From an uncultured delta proteobacterium (GTDB lineage: Bacteria; Desulfobacterota; Binatia; UBA9968): a stretch of DNA of 64,000 nt. Position 1 is the stretch's first letter; every line of letters starts with the position of its first letter. The notes below the pieces were generated by a model that saw only the letters and a program-made list of their open reading frames with translations, had not been told where the DNA came from and did not search any database. Both the position numbers and the translations under genes were made by a program. The DNA is taken from positions 736,001 to 800,000 of the forward strand of contig CAVUZH010000003.1 of the NCBI GenBank assembly GCA_963745835.1, in the 5' to 3' direction. Shown one piece after another: positions 10,140-19,998 of this stretch.

Positions 10140-11018
10140 ATGTCGACGAGCCTACCTGTCGAACTGATCGAGAAGCAGCGATGGTTGGAGCCTATTGCGG
10201 ATCAACTACAACCAACGATTGCAGCCGCCCTCGATGATGAAGGTTCCATCGGTCCAAAATATGCCAACATCCTGCATGGAACCTGGCTGGGACATCCGCT
10301 GCACGCGGTACTTACGGATGTGCCTATTGGCTCCTGGACAGCCGCCGCTGTGTTCGACCTGTTGGAACAAGCAAGTGGGAGCACGGCTATGGGCCGAAAA
10401 GCGGATGCCGCCATCACTATCGGTCTCGTCGGGGCAACGGCGGCGGCTGTCACCGGTTTGGCCGACTGGTCGAAAGTTGGCCGCGACCGGCCCCGGCGCA
10501 TCGGTCTTGCGCATGGCCTGCTGAACATAGCCGCGACTGCCTGCTATGTGACTTCGCTCTGCCTTCGACGAGTTCATTCCCGTCGAGCCGGACGCCAATT
10601 TGCAATGGCCGGTTTTATGATTTCAAACCTATCTGCATACCTAGGCGGACATCTGGTTTATGGCGAAAGGATCGGCGTCGACCATACCGCGGGTTTTTCG
10701 CCGCCGGAGGATTTCTTCCCGGTTCTTGCCGAATCGGAGCTGTCCGATAATGAGCTGCGCCGCGTTGATGCCGGTGGCATGCCAGTACTGCTTGTGCGTA
10801 GAGGAATGCGGATTTACGCGATCGCGGAAACGTGTTCGCACCGTGGCGGCCCTCTGTCCGAGGGCAAGCTCCAGGGTATGCTAGTCCAGTGTCCATGGCA
10901 TGGCTCGTGTTTCTCAGTCGAGAGCGGCAAAGTTGTTAACGGACCAGCGGTGCATCCTCAACCTGTGCTGGAGGTTCGCGTCCGTGAGGGTCAAATCGAA
11001 TTACGATCAAAGCGCTGA
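10140..11018 (+). CDS. DUF2231-like membrane domain fused to Rieske [2Fe-2S] ferredoxin
   Basis: LHGTWLGHPLHAVLTDVPIGSW and GGHLVY (DUF2231-like); CSHRGGPL...CPWHGSCF Rieske motif. Confidence 0.88.
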   Translation: MSTSLPVELIEKQRWLEPIADQLQPTIAAALDDEGSIGPKYANILHGTWLGHPLHAVLTDVPIGSWTAAAVFDLLEQASGSTAMGRKADAAITIGLVGATAAAVTGLADWSKVGRDRPRRIGLAHGLLNIAATACYVTSLCLRRVHSRRAGRQFAMAGFMISNLSAYLGGHLVYGERIGVDHTAGFSPPEDFFPVLAESELSDNELRRVDAGGMPVLLVRRGMRIYAIAETCSHRGGPLSEGKLQGMLVQCPWHGSCFSVESGKVVNGPAVHPQPVLEVRVREGQIELRSKR

Positions 11019-11121
11019 TCAGCCCAGGTGAGTTTTCGCGCTCACGTTTAGATCCGTTGGATTCTAAATGTCCCCGGCGCGGCAAGCAGTCCTGCCGTGG
11101 CAACACAGCTGAAGAGAGCCA

Positions 11122-11247
11122 CTAGGAAGCTGGTTGTTTATTCGTGCACTTGCTCTCATGCTGCTCCAGTTCTTCTCGCGAATCGAACTTCGTGCCGCAG
11201 ATAATACACTTGTATAAATCGTCTGGCCGTTCAGTTTCGCGTTCCAT
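11122..11247 (-). CDS. 41-aa zinc-finger microprotein (C2H2-fold, C2HC ligand set)
   Basis: Below the ORF-track cutoff. RBS AGGAG (11254-11258) 6 nt before ATG; MERETERPDDLYKCIICGTKFDSREELEQHESKCTNKQPAS* matches Y-x-C-x2-C-x3-F-x5-L-x2-H-x3-C. Confidence 0.75.
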   Translation of the reverse strand: MERETERPDDLYKCIICGTKFDSREELEQHESKCTNKQPAS

Positions 11248-11273
11248 ACGATACTCCTATAGCAAAGGCAGTT

Positions 11274-11290
11274 CGAAACTAACATGCCAG
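11274..11290 (-). promoter_or_regulatory. Possible variant sigma54 promoter for the zinc-finger microprotein
   Basis: Minus strand CTGGCATGTTAGTTTCG: good -24 TGGCA and correct spacing, but -12 is TTTC not TTGC; predicted TSS falls just upstream of the RBS. Confidence 0.35.
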
Positions 11291-11432
11291 CGTGTGCAAA
11301 GAGCTCTTTTCTCGCGCTACTGGCGATCCTTTCTATTTGCTTGAGACCAAAGATTGCGCTTGCTATCAACATTCCTACCGGTGACGAAGGCAGCGCGCGA
11401 TGCCGATAACGCCAATGAGTTGATCGAGAAGT

Positions 11433-11973
11433 TTACAAAAAAATGCTGATGTTTTTTGCTGCCAAATTGGCTTGATCCAGGATGATCTTTCGTCGAGCAA
11501 TCTTGAAGTTGTCGTCTGCCCTGCGCAGCAAGTCATGACGGGTGCCGACGAAGAGATCCTGGTCCTTCTCCATACGGGTTCGGTAGCATAAAAAATTCGA
11601 TTGAACTTCAATCTCTGAGCCGCTGTCCTTCTTGACCCGAATGTTGGAAACGAGGTGACGGGTTCGCGATGGCGGCATCTCGGCCCAGGCGTTTTTCGCG
11701 TAAACCCGCTCGACTCGCACCTTCAGCGCATTTTTAGTGTCGTTGAAGTAATAAGCCTCGCCGGGTTTCGATAGCTCGTCGTTCAAGTCCGCCGATCGTT
11801 CCAGAGGATTGTAACGGATCGGCATCCAGTAGTGCACGTCATCGGTTAGATAGATCGAGCCAGTCGCGCAACCGGCGATCGTCCAGCAACTCGGCCTCAT
11901 AGTAAAAAAAATCTTCGATCGAGTGGCGCAGGTCGTGGTCTGTTCTATACGCGCTCGGTGCCGGCGATTTCAT
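11433..11973 (-). CDS. Aromatic ring-hydroxylating dioxygenase beta subunit, apparent 1-nt insertion near 11850
   Basis: ATG 11973 gives MKSPAPSAYRTDHDLRHSIEDFFYYEAELLDDRRLRDWLDL; after one extra base the frame continues LTDDVHYWMP...WAEMPPSRTRHLVSN...ARRKIILDQ...KNISIFL. Span 541 nt = 3n+1. Confidence 0.85.
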
Positions 11974-13234
11974 TCCAGCTGTTTGCCTCCATCATTTTGG
12001 CCCAGTGCATGTACAGGTTCATCTGGTTGTTGTCGCTAAACCGGCTGGCCAGTCGGCCAGGTAAATCATTTTGGACAATTTCGTCACCGCCGCTCATCTG
12101 GTAATTGGCCGGATAGCGCCTGGCGATCAGGCTCTTGGCGGCGCCCGTAACCTGAATCCAGTTGTCCATATCATCCTGCTCGAAAATGCCGCTGGGACTG
12201 AAGCGGTATTGCGAAACAAAACGCATCACATCCTTGGTTTTGGGAGACGCCGCTTTATCGACGATGGCCCAACTCCAGATCTCCATCTTGTCGGGACCGC
12301 GCGGCTGCCACACACGGATCGTACGCGTAAGCCAGTGGACAGAAAAATTGGGGAAAACTGTACCGGCCGAAGGAGAAATCTGCCGCGCCCGAACCGTACC
12401 GAGTCGCTGCTCGATCTCGCTGGCGTGCTCTTTCATGTAATTGAGTAAATCTTCGTCCGGTTGCGCGAACCACGGGCCGGCATCATCCGGTGGCGTCAGC
12501 CAAGAAACAAGAATGTGACCGTTACCGCAGGCAATCTGGCAGCCTTTGTTCCATTTGCGGGTCGAGCTCGATGTCGTGTCGACGCCGAGTTCTCGGGCGG
12601 AACCGTGAGTATATGAAATATGATAACCATCACCGCCGAAATTTTCTGCAGCGGTTTTCCAGTTGGCATCAACAATCCAGCGATGCGGTCCACTGACTTC
12701 GGTGCCACCCTCGCGGCGATCCAATAAAATATCCAGGTACCAGGCCATGTCGCCTAAATAGTCGAGCAACGGTGGCGCCGCCGGATCGAACGTGGCGAAG
12801 ATCAGACCTTTATAACTGCTTAGTTGAGCCACGGGAACGAGACCCCACTGCTCGCGGTCGAGCCCGGGAAAGGCATCCGGCATCGGCACAATCGCCAGTT
12901 TGCCTTCGCTGCTATAGGTCCAGCCGTGATAGGAGCAGGTAAACACTTTGGCGTTGCCGCGATCGGCGCGGCACACGCGATTGCCGCGATGTCGGCAAAC
13001 ATTCAGATAAGCGTGCATCTGCCGGTTCAAGTCGCGCCACAGGATAACCGGCTCTTCGCCCATGTAGGCGGTAACAAAATCGCCGGGATAGGGGATCTCG
13101 CATTCATGGCCAAGATAAAGCCAGCAGCGCGCAAAAATCCGTTCGCGCTCCACTTGGTAAATCTCTCGATCGGCAAAGATGCGCCGGTCGATAAGACCGC
13201 CTTCGGGATCGATTAGAGATTTGATTTCCACCAT
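11945..13234 (-). CDS. Aromatic ring-hydroxylating (Rieske) dioxygenase alpha subunit
   Basis: Rieske CRHRG...CSYHGW; mononuclear Fe motif NWKTAAENFGGDGYHISYTH; FEQDDMDNW; ATG 13234 with RBS AGGAGG. Confidence 0.93.
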   Translation of the reverse strand: MVEIKSLIDPEGGLIDRRIFADREIYQVERERIFARCWLYLGHECEIPYPGDFVTAYMGEEPVILWRDLNRQMHAYLNVCRHRGNRVCRADRGNAKVFTCSYHGWTYSSEGKLAIVPMPDAFPGLDREQWGLVPVAQLSSYKGLIFATFDPAAPPLLDYLGDMAWYLDILLDRREGGTEVSGPHRWIVDANWKTAAENFGGDGYHISYTHGSARELGVDTTSSSTRKWNKGCQIACGNGHILVSWLTPPDDAGPWFAQPDEDLLNYMKEHASEIEQRLGTVRARQISPSAGTVFPNFSVHWLTRTIRVWQPRGPDKMEIWSWAIVDKAASPKTKDVMRFVSQYRFSPSGIFEQDDMDNWIQVTGAAKSLIARRYPANYQMSGGDEIVQNDLPGRLASRFSDNNQMNLYMHWAKMMEANSWNEIAGTERV

Positions 13235-13512
13235 CGTGCCTCCTGGCCTTTCAGCGCCTCGCCTTGGTGATAGTAGGACCGTCAACCACTGTCAAGGTTA
13301 TGCTCCGGCTTCGTGCGCGAGGCTGTCGAGCTTCCATAGCATGGTGCGGCTAGTACTCGTCCTTCGAAGATCGAGCTCTGACCCGGAATTTTCGAACCGT
13401 TGAACGTTGAACTAACTTCCAAGATCTTGAGACCCGCATCGATCGGGTGTAAGACACACGAGATTATCCCCGAAGCCGGATACATTGAATTACGATTGGA
13501 GGAAGATCGAGC

Positions 13513-14019
13513 ATGACTGCTGAGGCCGAGTACGCGGCTGTTCCGATAACCGTGACCGTCAACGGAGTGAAGCATGAGACCGTGGTCGAGCCACGAACCT
13601 TGCTGGTTTATTTTCTGCGCGAACAACTGGGATTGACCGGAACGCATGTGGGTTGCGATACCAGCCAGTGCGGCGCCTGCACGATCCACCTTGACGATCG
13701 AGCAGTAAAATCCTGCACGATTTTGGCGGTCCAGGCCAATGGCAAAAGGATTACTACCATCGAGGGACTGGCGCAGGACGATGATTTTCATCCGGTGCAG
13801 CAGGGTTTTCGCGAGAAGCATGGCCTGCAGTGCGGTTACTGCACGCCTGGCATGATCATGACCGCCGCTGATTTGCTCCGCACCAACGCTAATCCAAGCG
13901 AGGAAGAGATCAAGCACGCTCTGGAAGGAAATCTGTGCCGCTGCACGGGCTACGTCAACATCGTCGAGTCGGTAAAATGGGCCGCAGAGAAGATCGGAGA
14001 CAAGAATGTTTCCCGCTAA
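13513..14019 (+). CDS. coxS: CoxS-like 2x[2Fe-2S] small subunit of a molybdenum hydroxylase
   Basis: [28 protein letters not shown]. Confidence 0.9.
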   Translation: MTAEAEYAAVPITVTVNGVKHETVVEPRTLLVYFLREQLGLTGTHVGCDTSQCGACTIHLDDRAVKSCTILAVQANGKRITTIEGLAQDDDFHPVQQGFREKHGLQCGYCTPGMIMTAADLLRTNANPSEEEIKHALEGNLCRCTGYVNIVESVKWAAEKIGDKNVSR

Positions 14020-14872
14020 CTTTGGCTACGTTGCGCCACGGTCGCTAGACGAAGCGCTGCAGTTGTTAAAGCAGCACGGTGAAGATGCCAAACTGCTGGC
14101 CGGCGGCCACAGTTTATTGCCGGCGATGAAGCTGCGACTGGCTTCACCGCGGACCTTGATAGATCTGGGGACGGTGCCCGGTCTCAGTGGCGTGCGTTTA
14201 GAAGGTAATAGGTTGGTGATCGGCGCTTTGACGGTGCATGCGGATGTCGGCTCATCCGATCTCGTGCGCAAACATTTTCCGGGATTGGTCGATGCCGCCT
14301 CAGTGATCGGCGACGTGCAGGTGCGCAACCGTGGGACGATTGGCGGCAGCGTCGCTCATGCCGATCCGGCGGCCGATTTTCCGGTAATTTTAACCGCTCT
14401 CGATGCCTCCTTCGTATTGAACTCGAGCGGTGGCAATCGGACAGTCGCGGCGGACGAATTTTTCACCGATTATTTCACCACGGCGATGGCGCCCGGCGAA
14501 ATACTTACGGAGATCCTGGTACCGTTGCCGCCTGCCGGCAGCGGCACCGCCTATCACAAGCTGGCGCATCCGGCTTCGGGATACGTGGTCGTCAGCGCTG
14601 GCGCGATGATTACGCGCCAGCAATCCGGCTCGTGCGCATCGGCGCGCATCGTCATCGGCGGTTTAGGCAGCGGTCCCATTCGAGCAGTCGCCAGCGAGAA
14701 GGAATTGCAAGGCAAGGTCCTCAATCCACAAAACATCGCCGCCGCGGCGGCTAAAGCGGCCGAAGGCGCCGACCCGGATGACGACATCTACGCCAGCGCC
14801 GAGTATAAAAGGCATATGGCAACGGTGCTGGCGCGCCGAGCGATAGAAGCCGCAATCCAACGAGCCGCTTAA
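14006..14872 (+). CDS. coxM: CoxM-like FAD-binding medium subunit
   Basis: [46 protein letters not shown]. Confidence 0.9.
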   Translation: MFPANFGYVAPRSLDEALQLLKQHGEDAKLLAGGHSLLPAMKLRLASPRTLIDLGTVPGLSGVRLEGNRLVIGALTVHADVGSSDLVRKHFPGLVDAASVIGDVQVRNRGTIGGSVAHADPAADFPVILTALDASFVLNSSGGNRTVAADEFFTDYFTTAMAPGEILTEILVPLPPAGSGTAYHKLAHPASGYVVVSAGAMITRQQSGSCASARIVIGGLGSGPIRAVASEKELQGKVLNPQNIAAAAAKAAEGADPDDDIYASAEYKRHMATVLARRAIEAAIQRAA

Positions 14873-14881
14873 AAACAAAGC

Positions 14882-14980
14882 CGTGTTCGTGCTCGTATCG
14901 TGTTCAGAAGACAAGACGCGGAAGATCATAATAGTTCTTCTTTGATTCTCAGACGAACACGAATCACTATCACGAGCACG
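14882..14980. repeat. REP-like imperfect palindrome between coxM-like and coxL-like genes
   Basis: CGTGCTCGT (14888-14896) / ACGAGCACG (14972-14980), nested TCGTGTTC / GAACACGA, inner GAAGA / TCTTC. Confidence 0.55.
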
Positions 14981-15006
14981 TTATTTCTTTTGACGAGGTT
15001 GAACTC

Positions 15007-17320
15007 ATGACAACTGAACACAACAGCGATGGTTTGATCGGCGCTTCGATTCGACGGGTAGAAGATCCTCTGCTGATTAGCGGCAAAGGTTGTTACGTCG
15101 ACGACATCAACCTGCCGGGCATGTTGCACATGATGGTGCTGCGCAGCGCCTATCCCCATGCAAAGATAGTTTCGATTGATACCGACACGGCGAGATCCAT
15201 GAAAGGGGTCGTCGCCGTGGTAACCGGACCGGAACTGCCGGAACGCTTGAACATCAATGCTCAGGTGATGTTTCCGGGTCAGAAGATTCCGCCGCATCCG
15301 GTGCTGGCGCGCGGTGCCGTGCACGCTCCGGGGACGCCGGTCGCTGCGGTGGTCGCCGAAAGTCGCGCGATTGCTCAGGACGCGTGCAATGCCATCGAAG
15401 TGGAATACCAAGCCTTGCCATCGATACAGAACGCCGAAGATGCGCTCAGGCCAGGCGCGCCTCTCGCTCGTGAAGAGTTGGACAGCAATATCTGTTACAC
15501 GGCGGTGAAAAAAGGCGGCGATGTCGATAAGGCGTTTGCCCAAGCAGAGCATATCGTTCGCATGCACATCGTCAGCCCGCGACAGGTTGCTCTGGCCATC
15601 GAGCCGCGCGGCGTCGCAGCCAATCCTGATCCGATGGGCAAGAGCCTGACAGTCTGGCTTTCCACCCAAGGCCCGCACCGGGCGCGCGCCGATCTCGCTA
15701 GTACCCTCGGCATTCCGGAAAACAAAATCCGCTTGATCGCGCCCGATGTGGGCGGTGGATTCGGCAGCAAAGGGCCGCTTTATCGCGAAGACGTTTTGAC
15801 TAGTTACCTGGCGCTAAAGTTGCGCCGTCCGGTCAAATGGGTGGCCACCCGCAGCGATGATTTTGTCACGACGATTCAGGGCCGCGACCAGGCGATGACG
15901 TCCGAGTTGGCGCTCAAGAAAGACGGCACGATGTTGGGACTTGAAGGTTCGCGTGGTCGCCAATCTCGGTGGCTATCTGCAATCGAGCACGGCCGGGCCG
16001 CCGCAGCGGATGATGGCGATGGCGCCGGGCTGTTATCAGATTAGAGACTGCCATGTCGAAGTCGTCGGTGTGTTTACCAACACGGTTCCGACCGGTCCAT
16101 ATCGTGGCGCCGGCCGGCCCGAGTCGGTGTTGAACATCGAGCGGCTGATCGACAAGGCGGCCAAGGATCTCGGCATTGATCGGCTGGAAATCCGCCGGAA
16201 AAATTTTATTCGACCCGAACAGTTTCCCTATAAGACGGCAGTCGGCATGGAGTACGACTCGGGCGATTATTTCAAATCGCTCGACGAGGCAATCAAAATT
16301 TCCAACTACAAAGATCTCCTGCGCCAGCGCGATGAGCGGCGCGCGCGCGGCGAAATCGTCGGCGTCGGCGTTTCTACTTTTGTCGAACCCAGCGGCGGCG
16401 CCGGCTTTGAAAGCGGCACGGTGCGCGTCGAGCGTACCGGCGAGATCACCGTGCTTACGGGATCGAGCTCCCACGGCCAAGGACACGAAACGGTATGGGC
16501 ACAAATTGCCGCGGAAATGTTAAAAACGGATATGGAGCACGTAACCGTGCTGCACGGCGACACCTACGTATCGCAGCAGGGCACCGGAACATTTGGCAGC
16601 CGCAGCGCGGTGGTGGGCGGTGGCGCTTTAGCGACCGCGGCCCAGCGTGTGATAGAAAAGGCCAAGCGCATCGCCGCCCATCTGGTTGAAGCATCTGCCG
16701 AAGACGTGGTTCAGGCTGACGGCGGATTTTCCGTCGCCGGTGTTCCCGAAAAGAAAGTCACCTGGCGCCAGATCGCCGCGGCGGCCTATAGCGGGAAAAT
16801 TCCGCCGGGCATGGAGAACGGTCTCCAGGAAACCTGCTTTTTTGATCCCAGGCGTGAGGCGTGGGGCTATGGCGCCCATGTTTGTGTGGTCAGCATCAAC
16901 CGCGAAACCGGCGAGCCCAAGATCGAGAAACTCGTGCTTGTCGATGATTGCGGCGTGCTGATTAATCCGATGATCGTCGAAGGACAGATTCACGGAGGCG
17001 TGGCGCAGGGACTCGGTGAAGCGCTGCGCGAGCAAATGGTCTACAGCGAAGACGGCCAAGTGCTCACCGGCACATTGATGAATTATGCGGTTATGCGCGC
17101 TACCGATATGCCGCCGCTAACCCTCGGCGAAACCGTCACGCCCAATCCGTTTCACCCGTTAGGCGTCAAGGGAGTCGGTGAAGCCGGCACCAACGGCGCG
17201 CCGCCGGCGGTGGCCAATGCGGTGATGGATGCGCTGGCGCCGCTAGGCATCGATCATATCGATATGCCTTACACTGCGCCAAAGCTCTGGCAAGCGATTC
17301 GCCACGCGGGTGGAACTTAA
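15007..17320 (+). CDS. coxL: CoxL-like (form II / xanthine dehydrogenase family) molybdopterin large subunit, apparent 1-nt insertion near 15940
   Basis: ORFs 15007-16044 and 15941-17320 join (MLG|LKVRVVANLG) on removing one base; span 2314 = 3n+1; GGGFGSKG, PYRGAGRPE, HGQGHET, GTFGSRS, GVKGVGEAG. Confidence 0.88.
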
Positions 17321-17794
17321 AAACCGTGATCGTGGCGGGGCTCGTGTCCGTGGAAGAACTACGACCGCATGCGGCGCGCTTTCTCCTGGTGCAAAGCCCG
17401 CTCAAATCCTGGTCGTCGAAGCGAAAAACGTCGTCAGGAAAATAAAAGTTTTCTTCGGGCGAGTTTGTTGGAATGGATTCTCCTTTCCAACTTTCAATCA
17501 CTGCGGGTTTGATTACTCGGAGCTTGCTGCGTGCTAGTTCACTAAAGATCCTTGTCACGAGATTTGCCCGTTTTAGTTAACACGCGCACGTGCTTTATCA
17601 TCTCCACATATGCTTGATTCCACTGGAGCCTGCTTTCCCCACCTGCGGAACAAAATCTCGCTATAAAGAACCCTCGTGTCGGCACACCGGCGAGTTGAAT
17701 GGCCTTTTATATTGGCCGTTGACAAATATCCTTAACCGTAATTGAATCCATCCCGTTTTCGAGATACGGCTTTGCTCTTGAGTGAGGAGATCAT

Positions 17795-18871
17795 ATGACG
17801 GAAAGAGAATCGATCTTTAGGTCTGTGGCACGGCTTCTGGTAATTGCCGTGTCGTTGCATTTGTCTGTGTTAGCAGCCGAGGTGTTTGCCCAGGCTTCGT
17901 TCTTTCAGGGGAAGACGATCACGATCGTTCAAGGCAGGGATCCGGGTGGTTCGGGAGATCTTCGAGTCAGAGCTTTGGTGCCGTTCTTGGAAAAGTACAT
18001 TCCGGGTAACCCCAAAATCGTTATGGAGTTCATGCCCGGCGGCGGCAGCCGTAAAGCGGCCAACTATCTTTTTCGTACGGCCAAGCCGGACGGATTGACC
18101 ATGGGCAATCTCAGCGGCGGTATGGTCTCGCTTGCCGTACTCGGCGAGTCCGGCATTCTCTACGACCTCGATAAATTTTATTACCTGGGTTCTCCTTACA
18201 GCACTTATCACGCTGTCTTGGTGAGCCGAAAAGAGGCGGGCCTGGACACGATCGAAAAGCTTCGCGCTACTCCCGGGCTCAAACTCGGCGCGCAGTCGGT
18301 GGGCTTCTCGACCTTTCTGGAAGCGCGAGTGTTCGCCTATATACTCGGACTCAAAGATACCAGCTTCATTGCCGGCTACTCCGGAGTCGAGCTCGATCCG
18401 GCGCTATTGCGCGGTGAGATCGACCTGCGCTCCAACGGCGCGGACACCATCGTGCAAAGAAATAAAGACTGGTTGAAAGGCGGAGTGGTTAATTTCCATG
18501 CGATCACCGAAACCCCCAAAGGTGAAAAGCATCCGGCTTTCCCGAGCCTGCCTGAGATCGAAACGTTTGCAAAAAGCCCTCTCGACCGCAAAATCATCGC
18601 CATGCAGCGCGCCTTTAGAGTGACCGGGACGCCGTTTGTTCTGCCGCCGGGGACGCCTAAAGATCGCGTGCAAACTCTTCAGGATGCATTTCGCAAGACT
18701 TACAAAGATCCGGAGTTTGCGAAGCATTATCAGAAACTCACCAGCGATGAGCCGAGTCCACTGATGCCCGAGGATCACGAAAAAGCGATTCGAGATGTGC
18801 CGCGGGATCGGGAAGCCGTGGAAGTTTTTAAGCGGCTCGCCAATGCGGTTGCGCTGCCACCACGCCGCTAG
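17795..18871 (+). CDS. tctC: Tripartite tricarboxylate transporter substrate-binding protein (TctC/Bug-like)
   Basis: Signal peptide, FFQGKTITIVQGRDPGGSGD, IPGNP, MPGGG...AANY...PDGLT, PPGTPKDRV. Confidence 0.82.
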   Translation: MTERESIFRSVARLLVIAVSLHLSVLAAEVFAQASFFQGKTITIVQGRDPGGSGDLRVRALVPFLEKYIPGNPKIVMEFMPGGGSRKAANYLFRTAKPDGLTMGNLSGGMVSLAVLGESGILYDLDKFYYLGSPYSTYHAVLVSRKEAGLDTIEKLRATPGLKLGAQSVGFSTFLEARVFAYILGLKDTSFIAGYSGVELDPALLRGEIDLRSNGADTIVQRNKDWLKGGVVNFHAITETPKGEKHPAFPSLPEIETFAKSPLDRKIIAMQRAFRVTGTPFVLPPGTPKDRVQTLQDAFRKTYKDPEFAKHYQKLTSDEPSPLMPEDHEKAIRDVPRDREAVEVFKRLANAVALPPRR

Positions 18872-18900
18872 ACTCCGCGCATTCAATTCTGGGAGAAGCA

Positions 18901-19968
18901 ATGATGAGCAGTCGAGTTGTCAAAACGGCCGGTAGAATCATAACCTTCCTCGCCGGATTGCAGATGTTTGCCGGCGCCGGGTTGGCACAAGCACCGTTTT
19001 ACCAAGGCAAAACCATTACGATGATCGTCAGCACAGCGCCGGGCGGGACAGGCGATCTGCGGGTTAAAGCCATGACTCCGGTGCTACGCAAGCATATCCC
19101 GGGTAATCCAGCCATCGCGATGGAGTACATGGACGGTGGCGGCGGTCGAAAAGCCGCTAACTATCTGTTTAGAAACAGCCGCCCTGATGGCCTCACCGTC
19201 GGCGCCCTGAGCGGCGGTATCGTGTCCCTGGAGATCATGCGCGAAAGCGGCGTCATGTATGATCTCGACAAATTTATTTATCTTGGCGCTCCCGAAAGCG
19301 GCGGCCACTACATCATCTATACAAGAAAAGAGCTGGGCTTGAGCAGCATAGAGAAGCTGCGGGCAGGCTCGGGCCTGCGCATCGGCGCGCAATCCGTGGG
19401 ACATGTTTCCTATGTGGCCGGGAGGCTATTCGCTTATTTCCTCGGTCTGAAAGATCCCAAATTCATCGCCGGTTACTCGGCGCCCGAAGTTGACGCGGCT
19501 CTTCTCCGTGGAGAATTAGACGCGAGAGCCAATCTCACCACATCGATGTTGCGCCGCAATCCTGAGTGGGTTGAAAAGAGTTTGATGGATTTCCATTCGA
19601 TCATGGAGGTGCCGTTGGGGGCGAAACATCCGCGTTTTCCGACTGTGCCCGAGATCGAGACCTTCGCCAAATCGGAGCAAGAAAAGAAAGTCCTCGCTGT
19701 CTGGCGAGTCTTCAGGCTGGTGGGTTCTCCTTACATGCTGCCACCAGCAACGCCCAAGGACAAAGTCGATATTCTTCAGGACGCGATGCGCAAAACTCTC
19801 AAGGACGCTGAGTTCCATCGCGAATACAAGAAGCTGGTCGGCGATGACGTCGATCCGTTGATGCCGGAGGAGTTGAGCAAGGCGATTCGAGAGATTCCGC
19901 GGGATCCCGAAGTCATCGAGATGCTCAGAACCCTATCCGGCGCTGGTCCTCTTCCACCGCGTAGTTGA
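18901..19968 (+). CDS. tctC: Second TctC/Bug-like substrate-binding protein (tandem paralog)
   Basis: FYQGKTITMIVSTAPGGTGD, HIPGNP, PDGLT, PPATPKDKV; co-linear with the preceding ORF. Confidence 0.82.
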   Translation: MMSSRVVKTAGRIITFLAGLQMFAGAGLAQAPFYQGKTITMIVSTAPGGTGDLRVKAMTPVLRKHIPGNPAIAMEYMDGGGGRKAANYLFRNSRPDGLTVGALSGGIVSLEIMRESGVMYDLDKFIYLGAPESGGHYIIYTRKELGLSSIEKLRAGSGLRIGAQSVGHVSYVAGRLFAYFLGLKDPKFIAGYSAPEVDAALLRGELDARANLTTSMLRRNPEWVEKSLMDFHSIMEVPLGAKHPRFPTVPEIETFAKSEQEKKVLAVWRVFRLVGSPYMLPPATPKDKVDILQDAMRKTLKDAEFHREYKKLVGDDVDPLMPEELSKAIREIPRDPEVIEMLRTLSGAGPLPPRS

Positions 19969-19998
19969 TCGGAAACAAGCAAGACGGGGAAACTGCCA

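Noticed and set aside
13513-17320. Aerobic CO dehydrogenase (form I)
   Set aside because: Active-site loop is PYRGAGR, not AYxCSFR, the order is S-M-L, and no coxDEF genes are adjacent.
17166-17558. 130-aa minus-strand ORF after coxL-like gene
   Set aside because: Overlaps the coxL 3' end, no RBS or recognisable motif.
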